Part shown: positions 12,707 through 24,460 of the stretch, in pieces
Layout of the letters: each line of letters starts with the position of its first letter
How positions within the stretch are numbered: the first letter of the stretch is position 1
Assembly (NCBI RefSeq): GCF_963921235.1
Contig: NW_026948187.1
Span: 2,604,001 to 2,668,000, forward strand
Direction: 5' to 3'
Source of the DNA: Mobula hypostoma
Lineage: Eukaryota
Length of the DNA: 64,000 nucleotides
Notes under the pieces: generated by a model
The model's input: the letters and a program-made list of their open reading frames with translations, nothing else
What the model was told of the DNA's origin: nothing
The model's database searches: none
Made by a program: the position numbers and the translations under genes

Positions 12707-13882
12707 ATGGCTCACCAGCGAGTTCACACCAGGAAGCAGCCATTCACCTGCTCAGACTGTGGGAAGGGATTCACTTACCCATCTAAACTGAAGGTACATC
12801 AGCAAATTCACACTGGGGAGAGGCCGTTCACCTGCTCAGACTGTGGGAAGGGATTCACTCGGTCATCTTACCTAATGGTACACCAGCGAATTCACACAGG
12901 ACAGTGGCCGTTCTCCTGCTCAGATTGTGGGAAGGGATTCACTTGGTCATCTCAACTGAAGGTACATCATCGACTTCACACTGGTGAGAGGCCGTTCACC
13001 TGCTCAGACTGTGGGAAGGGATTCACTTCGTCATCTCAACTGAAGGTTCATCAGCGAGTTCACACTGGAGAGAGGCCATTCACCTGCTCAGCCTGTGGGA
13101 TGGGATTCACTCAGTCATCTGAACTAATGGCTCACCAGCGAGTTCACACTGGGGAGCGGCCATTCACCTGCTTGGACTGTGGGAAGGGATTCACTTGCTC
13201 ATCTCACCTGAAGGTACATCAACGAGTTCACACCGGGGAACGGCCATTCACCTGCTCAGACTGTGGGAAGAGATTCACTATGTCATCTGATCTACTGAAA
13301 CACCAGTCAGTTCACACCAGAGAGAGGCCATTCACCTGCTCAGACTGTGGGAAGGGGTTCACTCGGTCATCTTACCTAATGGTACACCAGCGAATTCACA
13401 CTGGACAGTGGCCGTTCTCCTGCTCAGATTGTGGGAAGGGATTCACTTGGTCATCTCAACTGAAGGTACATCAGCGACTTCACACTGGTGAGAGGCCATT
13501 CACCTGCTCAGACTGTGGGAAGGGATTCACTCTATCATCTCATCTGAAGGAACATCAGCGAGTTCATACTGGAGAGAGGCCATTCACCTGCTCAGACTGC
13601 GGGAAGGGATTCGCTTCGTCATCTCCACTGAAGGTACATCAGCGACTTCACACTGGCGAGAGGCCATTCACCTGCTCAGTGTGTGGGAAGAGATTCACTT
13701 TGTCAACTGATCTACTGAGACACCAGTCAGTTCACACCAGAGAGTGGCCATTCACCTGCTCAGACTGTGGGAAGGGATTCACTTCGTCATCTAATCTGAA
13801 GGTACACCAGCGAGTTCACACTGGGGAGAGGCATTTTTCTGCTCAGACTGTGAGAAGGGATTCACATCGACATCTAAAGTGA
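12707..13882 (+). CDS. Tandem C2H2 zinc-finger protein, 13 complete fingers, no KRAB/SCAN/BTB domain
   Basis: Repeated CxxCGKGFxxxSxLxxHxxxH with TGERPF linkers. Degenerate fingers on both sides. Candidate acceptor ttttacag at about 12384 and AATAAA at 14830. Confidence 0.9.
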   Translation: MAHQRVHTRKQPFTCSDCGKGFTYPSKLKVHQQIHTGERPFTCSDCGKGFTRSSYLMVHQRIHTGQWPFSCSDCGKGFTWSSQLKVHHRLHTGERPFTCSDCGKGFTSSSQLKVHQRVHTGERPFTCSACGMGFTQSSELMAHQRVHTGERPFTCLDCGKGFTCSSHLKVHQRVHTGERPFTCSDCGKRFTMSSDLLKHQSVHTRERPFTCSDCGKGFTRSSYLMVHQRIHTGQWPFSCSDCGKGFTWSSQLKVHQRLHTGERPFTCSDCGKGFTLSSHLKEHQRVHTGERPFTCSDCGKGFASSSPLKVHQRLHTGERPFTCSVCGKRFTLSTDLLRHQSVHTREWPFTCSDCGKGFTSSSNLKVHQRVHTGERHFSAQTVRRDSHRHLK

Positions 13883-13896
13883 AGGTACATCAGTGA

Positions 13897-13992
<96 letters not shown>

Positions 13993-14134
13993 TAGAGACC
14001 GATCACCTGCTCAGACTTTGATAAGAGATTCTCTCAGCCAAATCAACCAAATGAGCATCACTGAGTTCACACTGGGGAGAGGCCGTTCACCTGCTCTGAA
14101 TGTGGGAAGTGAGTCACTCAGTAATCTAACCTTA

Positions 14135-14589
14135 TGTAACTCTCGCTTCGGCTAGCAGCTTAATATAGGGGGTGATAGCCCCCCCAGCCCGGGAAAACTT
14201 AAGATATCGCATTTGGATGGATGCTGCGTGATGTGTCCCCTGTTAAAAATCAGCACCCCAAAATAACAAACAGTACACAATATGTGATTAAACGATTCAA
14301 CTTTATAATTCTTACTTTGACTATATTGTTAGTGAAGAAAACAAAGAAAAAGAAAAGGGGCCCACTCTCTCCATTCACGTCTTCTCATCTCTCCCCAGCA
14401 AAAGACCATGAAATCTCTCTTCCAGACTCACGAGGAAGAACATTTCTGTCATTCGATAGCCCCGCACTCCAAAACCCTGTTATCTCTCATCATTACCTAA
14501 ACATTGCTGCTACAGAGAAATCGTTACCTCAGCTGTGAAACATTAGAGAAAGGCCATTACATGAGCAGTGAAACCTACAGCGTGTTACA
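14135..14589. mobile_element. Solo LTR in a degenerate terminal finger of ZNF gene 1
   Basis: TGTAAC...GTTACA termini, ctta/cttg 4-bp flanks. Finger sequence resumes after it. Confidence 0.8.
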
Positions 14590-15479
14590 CTTGTGACACA
14601 TTACTGGGTTCACACTGGGGAGAAAGTTTCAACAAGCTGCATGCTCGATATTTGTCCATCATTGTTTCGAAAGCAATTTTGAGAGTGACTGTCAGTGCTG
14701 AACTCTGCAATTATTGCTGCTGCTCACCACACCCAGTCCTGCACCCTGATCACTGGGCATGGGAGGAGTTTCTTCTGCTGCATATTCACCTTTAATGGGA
14801 CTGGAGTTTAATATTCTGGATCTGAGACAAATAAATCAGTTCTATTTTAAACTCTGTCTCTAGTACTTAATTAATTTATAACATACCTCGTGTACAGTAG
14901 AGAGTCAACTCAGGCCGGTTGGACCCTGCCAGCGATTCAGTTCCACAACAGTCCATTTAAATCCTCCCCTGTTGTTCCCCTCTCGCTCTCCCTGTGGTGA
15001 TGGGTTCCAAACAGTCACCACTCTGTGAGTTAAGAGGTTTCCCTTGAATTTTCTGCAGACTGAAGAAGTCAAGCTGACTGCAGTTCTGTCTGAGATATTC
15101 TTCGCCCCTCTAATCTCTGGGCTGAGGAAGAATGACATTGGTAGTTAACCTCCTTAATCATGACTCATTTCCACATTATCGGTCATTTTCCCTGCTTGTA
15201 AAGGGTTGTTAGAAAACACCACTGTCCTTTAAAGACATGGGAACAGAATGGGAAACCATCAGTTGGATGTTCAACGAAGCAGGGTCAGAAACCGGAGGCG
15301 GGTCTGCACAGGGCAGAGTTTGAGGCTGTGGACGATGGTCAGGGTAAGAACGTATGATGAGGAGAAGGGAATCAGCAGCGGGGCTTGGCAATGTATGTCA
15401 GAGTAACAACATTTGGAAGCTGATTGACAGGGAAAATAATTTGTTTGTCTGACTGATGACACAAACAATGATTATGGTG

Positions 15480-16490
15480 AGGTGCTCCACTAGTTGAGGA
15501 ACATGAGTGTGTTGGGAATGATTGTATCTACTGAGGGAGTTGGTCCTGCTTGTTTATCCTGTAATATTATATCCGGATGGTTATTATGGATTGTCCTATT
15601 AGTAGTTATGTATTGATTATCATACAATTTGTAAGATTTTGACTCTAAAACTGGATCAGGCTTGAATTTATTGTGCCTTTATGATGTTACAGTGGTCATT
15701 CATGAGTTTGTATTTTAAAGCAAGATTTTGGTGAATGATATTTGTCACTTGATTGTACCTACTTAAGTAATCAGATTGAGTTAAATTGCTGCAGGACTGT
15801 GTCTGATTTCTCTTGGCATTTTCTGCATTTATTGCCCTTTTTGTTTGCCTTTAATGTAGTTTTTATATTTTAAAATGTTAACTACCTTGTCCTGTATTTC
15901 CCCAAGGAACCCCTGTTTCTGGGAAGAGGTCTCCAACTCTGAGTCAGGCTCGCAATGCTTCCCTGTTACCAGCTAGTGCTCAGATCATTGGGATGTCTCC
16001 CATGGAGGGTCACACTCATTCCACTGGTCAATATTTTCTTCCATAGTGATGATTCATTTTTCTGAGTTGGTCTCTCATTTAAGTTTTCTGGTCTGTATTT
16101 CTTATCAGAATTGTATATACTCGCATGGACTGCTAAATCCTGTTTATTTTTGATGAAAATATATACTTTAGAAATCTTATCAGACTGTTGAGTGATTTTT
16201 TTTTAATGTCTGTTATAGCTCTTCCTCCTTCTGTCCTCAGTAGTGTTAATCTAAGTGTGTTTGAGTGTAATTAGTCTTTTCTGAATTTGTCATTTCAGTT
16301 CTTATTTTTCTTTGTAAAGTTTCCAGATCAGAATGGAACCAAGATATTTTGCCAAGGGAATATGTTAATATGGGAATAATGGGACAGTTTATTGCCTTTG
16401 TTGTATTTGCTATACCACGGAAATATGTTAGGCAAATGTTCTTAAGCCTTGAAGTAAATTTTGAAACATGTTTTTGCTTTTTCACACTAC
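15480..16490 (-). mobile_element. R4/Dong-like non-LTR element fragment; paralogue at about 32360-33790
   Basis: Reverse complement gives LHGRHP...GDLFPETGVP.. and HNQV motifs. Homologous to 19800-20600. Confidence 0.65.
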
Positions 16491-16699
16491 TTTCTATTTT
16501 CTCTGCTTGTTAATATTCCAGATACCTCTGTATCAAGTGATCTGATGAAGGGTCTTGGCCCAAAATTTTGATTCCCAACCTTAGATGCTGCCTGACCTGC
16601 TGATCTCCTCCAGCACATTGTGTGTATTGCTCTAGATTCCCAGCACCTGCAGGGTCTCATGTGTCCCATATACTTGTATGTTTCTTGAATAGGACACAC

Positions 16700-18760
16700 A
16701 GGTAGGCAGAGAAGGTTGTATGGTTCTGTTGGTAAAAAATAAAATCAAATCATTAGAAAGAGTCGGAATGTGTTGAGTCATTGTGGGTAGAACAGAGGAA
16801 TCGCAAGAGTGAAAAGACACTGATGGGATTTTTATAGAGACCCCCCCCCTGCCCCCATCAGTAGTATGTATATGTTCCACAAATTACAGCGGGAGAGGGA
16901 AAATGCATGTCAAAACAGCAATATTGCAGTATTCATGGGAGATAGTCATGCAGATATATTGGGAAAATCAGGGAGGTGCTGTATCCCAAGAGCGTGATTT
17001 CCTAGAATTCCCACAAGATGGCTTTTTAGAACAGCTCCTGGTGGAGCCCAGCTGGGGATCAGCCATTCTTGATTGGGTGTTGTGCAATGAACAGGAATTA
17101 ATTACAGAACTTAAGGCAAAAGAACCCAGAGGGGGTAGTGGTCTTAATATAATAGAATTCACCCTGAAATGTGAGAAGGAGAAGCTAACGTGAAATATAT
17201 CAGTATAACTGTAAAATAAAGATAATTACAGAGGCATGAGAGAAGAATTGGCCTAAATTAGTAAGTAAGGAACACTGGAATGGATGACGACAGAATGGCT
17301 GGAATTTCTGTAAGTAATTCGGAAGACACAGGATTTATAAGAACCAAAGAGGAAGAAGTATTTCAAAGACAAGATGATACAACTGTGGTGAATAGGAAGG
17401 CAAAGCCAACATAGACACCAAAGAGAAGGCATATATTGGAGCAAAAATGGTGGGAAGTCAGAGGATTGGGAAGCTTTTAAAAACCAACAGGAGGCAACTA
17501 AAAAAATAATTAAGGAAAATATGGAATACAACGGTAAGCTAGCCAATAAAGAGGATACTAAATGTTTTTTCAGTTGCATAAATTGTAAAGGAGAGGTGAG
17601 AGTGCATATTAGGCCAATGGAAAATGATGCTGGAGGGGTGGTAATAGAGGCAAGGAGCTCGCGGATGAACTGAGAAAGTATTTTGCATCATTCTTCACTA
17701 TGGAAGACACCAGCAGGATGGTGGAATCCAGATGTCAGTGGTCAGAAATGTTTATAGTACTTTGCTCAGGAGCAGGGTTCTTGGGAAACAGAAATGTCTG
17801 AAGGTAAGCAGGCCACCCAGAGTTCTCAAAGAGGTGACTGAAGAGATTGTGAAGGGATTAGTAATGATGTTTCAATAATCAATTGAATCTGGCATGGTTC
17901 CGTACGACTGAAAATTTGGAAGTATCACTCCACTCTTCAAGAAGGGAGGGATGCAGATGACTGGAAATTATAGGCCAGTTAGTCTCATTTCACTCTTTGG
18001 GAAGGTATTGGAGTGGGATGTTAAGGATGTGTTTTCAGGGTATTTGGGGCACATGAAAAAATCAACCGTTTTCAGCAAGGGAAAAGCTTGCCTGACAAGT
18101 ATGTTGTAAGTATTTGAATTCATTGAAGAAGTGACAAGCAAGATAGACAAAGGAGATTCGGCTGATGATGTGTACCTGGAGTTTCAGAAAGTCCTTGACA
18201 AGATGCCACACATGAGGCTGCTTATCAAGTTATGAGCCCATGTTGCAGGAAAGATTCTCGTATGGATAAAGCAGTGGCTGATTGACAGGAGGCAAAGAAT
18301 AGTAATAAAGGGAACCTTTTCTGATTGGCTGCTGGTGATCAGTGGTGTTCCACAGGGATCTGTGTTGGGACTGATTCTTTTATGTTATATGGCAGTGACT
18401 TGGATGACAGAATTGATGAGTTTGTTGCAAAGATGCAGATGATACTAAGTCATTTGGAGGGACAGAAGTTTTGAGGAAATTGAGAAGCTACAAGAGGACA
18501 GACAGATTAGGGAAACTTACTTTAGTCAAAGGATGGTAAATGTGTGGAATTTTTTGCCATGAGTGGCTGTGGAGGCCAAGTCATTGGCTGTGTTTAAGGC
18601 AGAGATGGATAGTTTCTTGATTAGTCAGAGCATCAATGGGTATGGGGTGAAAATAGGTGAGTGGGGATGACTGGAAGAATTGGAGCAGCCCATCGTTGAA
18701 TGGCGGAGCAGACTTGATGGGCCGAATGGCCCACTTCTGTCCCTATATCTTATGGTCTTA
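16700..18760 (+). mobile_element. Highly degenerate CR1 ORF2 and 3' tail
   Basis: SAILDWVLCNE, NYRPVSL, GVPQGSVLG remnants; (tcttatgg) tail at about 18750. Confidence 0.85.
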
Positions 18761-18799
18761 TGATTTGAAGGCGGTGAAGCCTGGAATTCTAATCCTGCT

Positions 18800-19779
18800 A
18801 AGAAATAGATACTGCAGAAATTGCGTCTTTAAAATGTTACATACCTGGAGTATTGTTTTATTCCACTTCCATCAGATCAGCGACGCCCAACATGTCTTAT
18901 TTGTATTACTGAATTGTCTAATAAAACAACGAAACCATCAAGATTGCAGCAACACTTTCATAAAAGACACACTGAAAAAGCTACTTATGGTTTTACTCAG
19001 TTCCGGGAGACAAAACAAGCATTTGAAAAGCGTTGCACACTCGAGTCATTTGGAAAGAAAGCTACAAATGACTTTGATCGTGCTCTCACTGCTTCTCATA
19101 ACATTTCCAAAATGATAGCAAAAGTCTGCAAGATCTCGTACAATTACTGAAAGATTAATAAGGCCTGCCGTATCATTCCTCTGAGTATCAACTCTTTAGC
19201 TCGTCATATTGATGAAACGAGTAAAGACATTGAGTATCACTATGCACAGAGCTACAAGAAAAACAAAATTTGGGAGTCAACTGTGCGAGACAGCAAGGCA
19301 TTGATAATGGCATATGAACAGTTCATCAAAACTGGAAAAATTGATCAAAAGATTCTCAATTGTAATAAGTTGAAAATGGATGTCAACGGAGAATCAGTCC
19401 ACGACGAGCTCAAAGTGAAATTGATAACACAATTATTCTGACTAGGAACATGATTTCTTACGCAACGGACAGAGCACCATATATGACAGGACGCCATGCT
19501 GGTTTAGTGGAATTTATGAAAATAAAATTGCAAGTTTATTGTGTCATTTATCGTCAACATCCCGCAGCTACTGTGCAGCAGGCAGGTGCTGTGAAATCTA
19601 GATTTAAAGGTAAGTAAGAAGTTAAAGCAGAATATTTTTCTCATGTTAGCATATGGTAGCCATGTTTTTACACTATGGGGGCGACGCAAAGTATATTGGG
19701 CCTAAGAGGGGCGTCGCAAAGTATGAAGGTGCTTCGGGAGAGTATGTGGGTGTTGGGTTAAAAAGGTTGGCAAACACTG
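18800..19779 (+). mobile_element. hAT Charlie/Buster-type transposon relic with right TIR
   Basis: KPSRLQQHFHKRH...ALTASHNISKMIAK, TDRAPYMTG and CVIYRQH remnants. Ends aaaaaggttggcaaacactg (CAGTGTTTGCCAACC TIR). Confidence 0.75.
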
Positions 19780-19799
19780 CTGTAGAAGAAAGAGTTAGC

Positions 19800-20610
19800 C
19801 AACAGATGAGCCTAACCGTGCATGGTGAAATCCCTGCGATCTGAGCAGACGAGGTGTCAACGAGAAAGCGTCCAAAGACTGGCTCAAAGTTGGAGACGTC
19901 TTCCCAGAAACAGAATGTTTCCTTGTCGCAATGCAGGACCAGGTGCTTAAGACAAAGACATCAAAAAATTGGCAGTAAAAAACTAACAAATTCAAGACGG
20001 TAAAAGTAGAATATATCATGTGAAACCAGAAAATATCCCACACATTACAGTATCCTGCAACAGTTTAATTCAATCTTACACAGGTACAATCAAGTGACAA
20101 ACATCTTTCACCAAAATATTGCTTTAACATACAAAATCATGAAACATTCTATGGGTTATTATAAATACAATCCTAATCCAGTTTTGGAGTCTATTACGAC
20201 CAATCCATGATTAGAGATGTGGCAACACCTGGAACCCGTCCGGAATTAATATTACAGGATAATAGGTCTGGCCATTCCGAACACACACAACACATGAAAA
20301 TCAATAAATGAGAAACAGCAGAAATATGCTAACCTTAAAGAGGAAAATGAACGACTATGGTACACGAGCAGGGTATACATTGTCCCATTTGTAATATACA
20401 CGACTGGCATCATTCCAAAGTCACCACACAACAGCATTAAACAATTCGACCCGCACGACAATATTTATATAAATCTCCAGACAGCCACAATACGCAACAC
20501 CATCAGAATCGGCCGAGAGTTCCAAGCGATTGAGAAATCAGTGGGCTTGTCCGTGTCCATACCGCGATTTTTATCAGTTTGAGCTGAGATAAAAAATAAA
20601 AATAAACACG
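19800..20610 (+). mobile_element. R4/Dong-like LINE 3' part (CCHC + restriction-like endonuclease region)
   Basis: WLKVGDVFPETECFLVAMQDQVL; LAIPNTHN..EKQQKYANLKEE..LW...IVPFVI..TGIIPK; A-rich tail. Confidence 0.7.
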
Positions 20611-21201
20611 CGATTCCACTGGAGTGAATGCAGAGGAGAGTCAACACGCAATTTGATCGGATGGAATTTTATTAGAAATCAGGAAGTGAGATGACATTAT
20701 TTTCCTTGAAGCAGAGTAGGCACCGGAGGTTTCCGGAACAATTTGCACAATTATGCGTGGGTTCTGTGGTGTTAAACTTTCCTTCGTAACATCGTTGTCT
20801 AATGCGATGGACAAGTACAAGCTTTACTGTAAATTCGTGCAGACCGTTGACTTTTTTTTTTCCATTTCATTCTTATGCAAAAGACGAAAGTAACTAATGA
20901 GTTGCATTTTTGCCGATTTGGTCCTGAATGTCCCCAGAACCTGTCTCGCTTTCTCAGACCGAGAAGGGTCTGGCGGTGACGAGTGCGGGAATATAGTGAA
21001 AAACTGAAAATAAAAGGTAGGATGAGTTTAATAATCGGTGGGAGTGGAGGTCGCGGGATGCGGGTGTCGGAGAGTCTGTTCCTGGGCTGTGTTTCTCTTC
21101 GACTCTAAACCAGATTTACTCTCCCCTCTGCCACTTTCTCCGATGATCATTGGTTCTGTAGAGTCAAGATCGAAAACATTGCAACCGCCGCCGAGAAGAG
21201 C

Positions 21202-22113
21202 TCAGATATTTTGTTTATTAATTTGTTGAATAATTGACGTGAGCGGATATTTCGCTGCGCTGATGAACTGCTCTCTGAACTTGGACTGAGTTACCCCATA
21301 AATAAACGTGTGTGTGCAACAACTGAATATCATCAGCATGTCTCTGGTGTGTTGAAAACTGTATTCAGAATCGTTGTAATTATTCTGATCCAGTCCGGCG
21401 ATGGTGTTATAAAGGAATTCGGCAACACTCACCGACCACAGGATGATGGAAGCTTCCGGAGATGGTGAGAAGTAAGATCACAGACCTCCTCCTGCTCTCC
21501 ATCTCCGGGTCACTGCGGTTCTCCGCCTTGCTCTGACCCCTCAGCCCCTTACGGACGCGACTAGTCACTAAAATGTGTCTGACTGTCAGAGCGTTGAACA
21601 GCAGTATTAACACGAACGGGAGTGATGGCGTTAGGACGGGAGAAAGCCGGTCATATCCCACCCACCCGGGATCCGTATAGTAACCCCGTGTTGCAATACA
21701 GTCCCGGGGTATATTGTCAACCACATTCACAGGATGATATATAATAAATTCGGGCACATTAATAAAACAGAGCAGAACGCCGGTTGTTGTCAGAACCACA
21801 GCCGCAGTTTTCCCGGTGCAATATTTTATTTTCCGCTTCTGACAACAAAAGGCGACAAACCGATCAAATGTAAAAGTGACGGTGAACCAGACAGAACAGT
21901 CTGTGGCTGCCTCTCCCAGGACAGAGATCACACTGCACACGGGGGTGATGTCCAGGAAAGTCCCGGGGAAGTAATAATAACCGACCCGCCACAATATCAC
22001 CGCAAACACGATGGTCAGTAGATCCGCCGCTGCCGTGGCCACCAGGTAGCGAGTGGTGTGGGTGGAGAGGCCGCACTTTCCCCGGGACAGGATCACCGTC
22101 GCCACTAAATTCA
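21202..22113 (-). pseudogene. GPR139/GPR142-like class A GPCR, main exon with +1 frameshift in TM6; first exon not found
   Basis: Acceptor ttcccag|TGAAT, then NLVATVILSRGKCGLS, YLVA...ADL, FTFDRFVA, P.LP, TM6 and FIYGVTQSKFREQ. An extra C at about 21448 splits ORFs 21407-22204 and 21202-21432. Confidence 0.8.
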
Positions 22114-22349
22114 CTGGGAAACAACAGAGAGAGCGAGTAAGTTGCTGTCTGTCCGCTCCGTGGGTCTCGGGGCAGGGAGATGCTGGAAATGGAGAGCAGC
22201 TCATTCCCGGAAGTTTAAAACGCGGAAGGCGGCGATCGCCGGTGCCTCAAAGGTGCAGATGCCGAGAGAAACGTTCCGGTCCGGGGCGCTGCACGGAGAG
22301 CAGGGTTCGGGAAGGAGGCCGGGAACACTTTGGAAAATCAGTGTAACTC

Positions 22350-22512
22350 TCTGTCCTTTTTGGATCTCCCCCTCCCCCTCTAACTTTCAAATCCCTTACT
22401 CACTCTTCCTTCAGTTAGTCCTGACGAAGGGTCTCGGCCAGGAACGTCAACTGCACCTCTTCCTACAGATGCTGCTTGGCCTGCTGCGTTCACCAGCAAC
22501 TTTGATGTATGT
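22350..22512 (+). mobile_element. Penelope-like terminal repeat fragment with mutated hammerhead motif
   Basis: agtc-CTGACGA-agggtctcggcca-GGAAC-gtc-aact. Confidence 0.7.
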
Positions 22513-23269
22513 AACTCTCTGTCCATCGGGTTTCTGACTGATATGCAAAGCCAGGAAAGCCTCGGCAACTTTCTCAGCGACAATGATTCCCGCGATCCGG
22601 TCACATCTGTTCACACTGTCCGGTCCCGCTCAGCCCCGCTGTCTCCGACTTTGTCCACGGACAGTTTCCAAAGCTCGTTGCAGATTTACTTCTCCCGTTC
22701 GCAGGCATCGATCTCCTCCTCGGCTTCCGCCCACACGGGCCCGGCTCGGCTCGCTTATTTGAAATTCTGCAACTACTCTTCGCCGCGGTTCCTTCACACT
22801 CTGTCAGGGGATCGGATCAGAAAGTTCCCGTGTTGGTTTTATTTAATATTCTCCCTGACCTGCTCCGAATTACTGCGGCGTTACTCTAAATGCTCCGGTG
22901 TTGATGGTCCCGGAGCGGAGTGTCGCCTGTAACTTACCCCGTCTGACCTGTATCGGACCCCGCTGTGTCGGCTCCGAACTCCCGCTTCACTCCATCGATA
23001 TCAGGGCGTGGAAACAAACCCCGGGAAACAAAAACCCACAGACACCCTTATTTAATTTTTCCAAACTCCCGAAACCCTCGGGATCTAATATACAGTTGGT
23101 GTCATTTACAGGATATAAATATACATTTTTTTTGTGAATAGTAGACTGAGGAATATTTATTTGGTCCCTCAGCCAAATTGTTGACACAGTTTGGGAACAA
23201 CTGGGCTCCAAGCACCGGCCCCTACAACACCGACTGGGACATCCTGCAGGCCCAAGAAGGGTCGTGTTA

Positions 23270-23862
23270 TTCCAGTGGCCACACATTTTAATTCCACCTC
23301 CCATTCCCATTCTGATATGTCTATCCACGGCCTTCTCTACTGTCAAGATGAAGCCACACTCAGGTTGCAGGAACAACACCTTATATTCCGTCTGGGTAGC
23401 CTCCAACCCTATGGCATGTATATTGACCACTCTAACTTCCGTTCATGCTCCTCTTCCCCTTCACACCCCATCCGTTATTTATGTTTTTAAAATATATTTG
23501 TTATTTTCCCCCTTTTTTCTCTCTCTCGTTTTTCTCCCTCTCACTATAACTCCTTACCTGCTCTCCACCCTCCGGGCTCCCCTCCCGCCTTCTCTCTCCC
23601 CAGGCTTCCCCTCCCAAGATCCTCTCCCTCCTCCAGCCTCGTATCCCTTTTGCCAATCAACTTTCCAGCTCTTTGATTCACCCCTCCCCTCCTGTCTTCT
23701 CCTGTCATTTTGGATCTTCCCTCTCTCCCTCCTACTTTCAAATCTCTTACTATCTCTTCTTTCAGTTTCTCCTGACGAAGGTCTCGGCCCGAAACGTCGA
23801 CTGTACCTCTTCCTATAGATTCTGCCTGGCCTGCTGCGTTCCACCAGCGTTTTTTGTGTGTG
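23270..23862 (+). mobile_element. Penelope-like element 3' end: GIY-YIG endonuclease C-terminus, pyrimidine-rich UTR and terminal repeat
   Basis: PVATHFNSTSHSHSDMSIHGL...EQHLIFRLGSLQPYGMYID is typical of PLE ORF ends. Hammerhead-like core at 23772-23803. Confidence 0.85.
23768..23803 (+). ncRNA. Minimal type I hammerhead ribozyme-like motif (Penelope-associated)
   Basis: CTGACGA-a-GG tctcggc CC-GAAAC-GTC|GACTG. Core boxes intact, stem I partly mismatched in this copy. Confidence 0.6.
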
Positions 23863-23929
23863 TTTCTTGTTCCTCCGAAATGTTTTCAGCTGTGAAATTG
23901 TTTTTATCAGAAATAACCATGGAGACTGA

Positions 23930-24460
23930 AATTTTCTAAGTTGAAATGTTGTCCTACACCCACTGACGTGCTTTGTAAACTTTTAACTGTGTAGTAAAGA
24001 CAAAGGATTTGTGTATGGGAATCACAAACACAACATCACGTTCGTTCCGCTGTATCTGTCAGTTCACCAGCGCTTGAATGCCGCCGATCCTTGAATGTGG
24101 AGGTGGAGATGCTGGAGAAGTCAGCGTCCCACTCGCTACAAGGAGAGCCCGATCACGTGTCCATGTCCGTGATCTGATTGGATACATCGCCATGACGTTG
24201 ATAGCAGTGTGACGTCATTCACTGGCTCTCATTTTGGAAGGGATTCAGTCGCCATCGCAGATACACCAACAGCTTCGCACTGGGAAGCGGCCGTTCACCT
24301 GCTCCGTGTGTGTGAAGAGACTCATTCAGTTAACCCACCTTGTGATGCTCCGGTGAGTTCACAATAAATAGAGGCCACATTTCTGTCCGGAGTGAGCAAA
24401 GAGTTTTACTCAATCATCCAAGCTGCTGCAACACCAGCAACTTCACATCAGGGAGGAAAA
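23930..24460 (+). pseudogene. Degenerate C2H2 ZNF remnant; inverted paralogue at about 58230-58820
   Basis: cactgggaagcggccgttcacctgctccgtgtgt and similar broken fingers. Shares the gaaatgttgtcctacaccca pre-exon motif with the intact ZNF genes. Confidence 0.7.

Noticed and set aside
12707-13882. 84-nt periodic repeats as a CRISPR-like array
   Set aside because: They are C2H2 finger codons in a eukaryotic gene.
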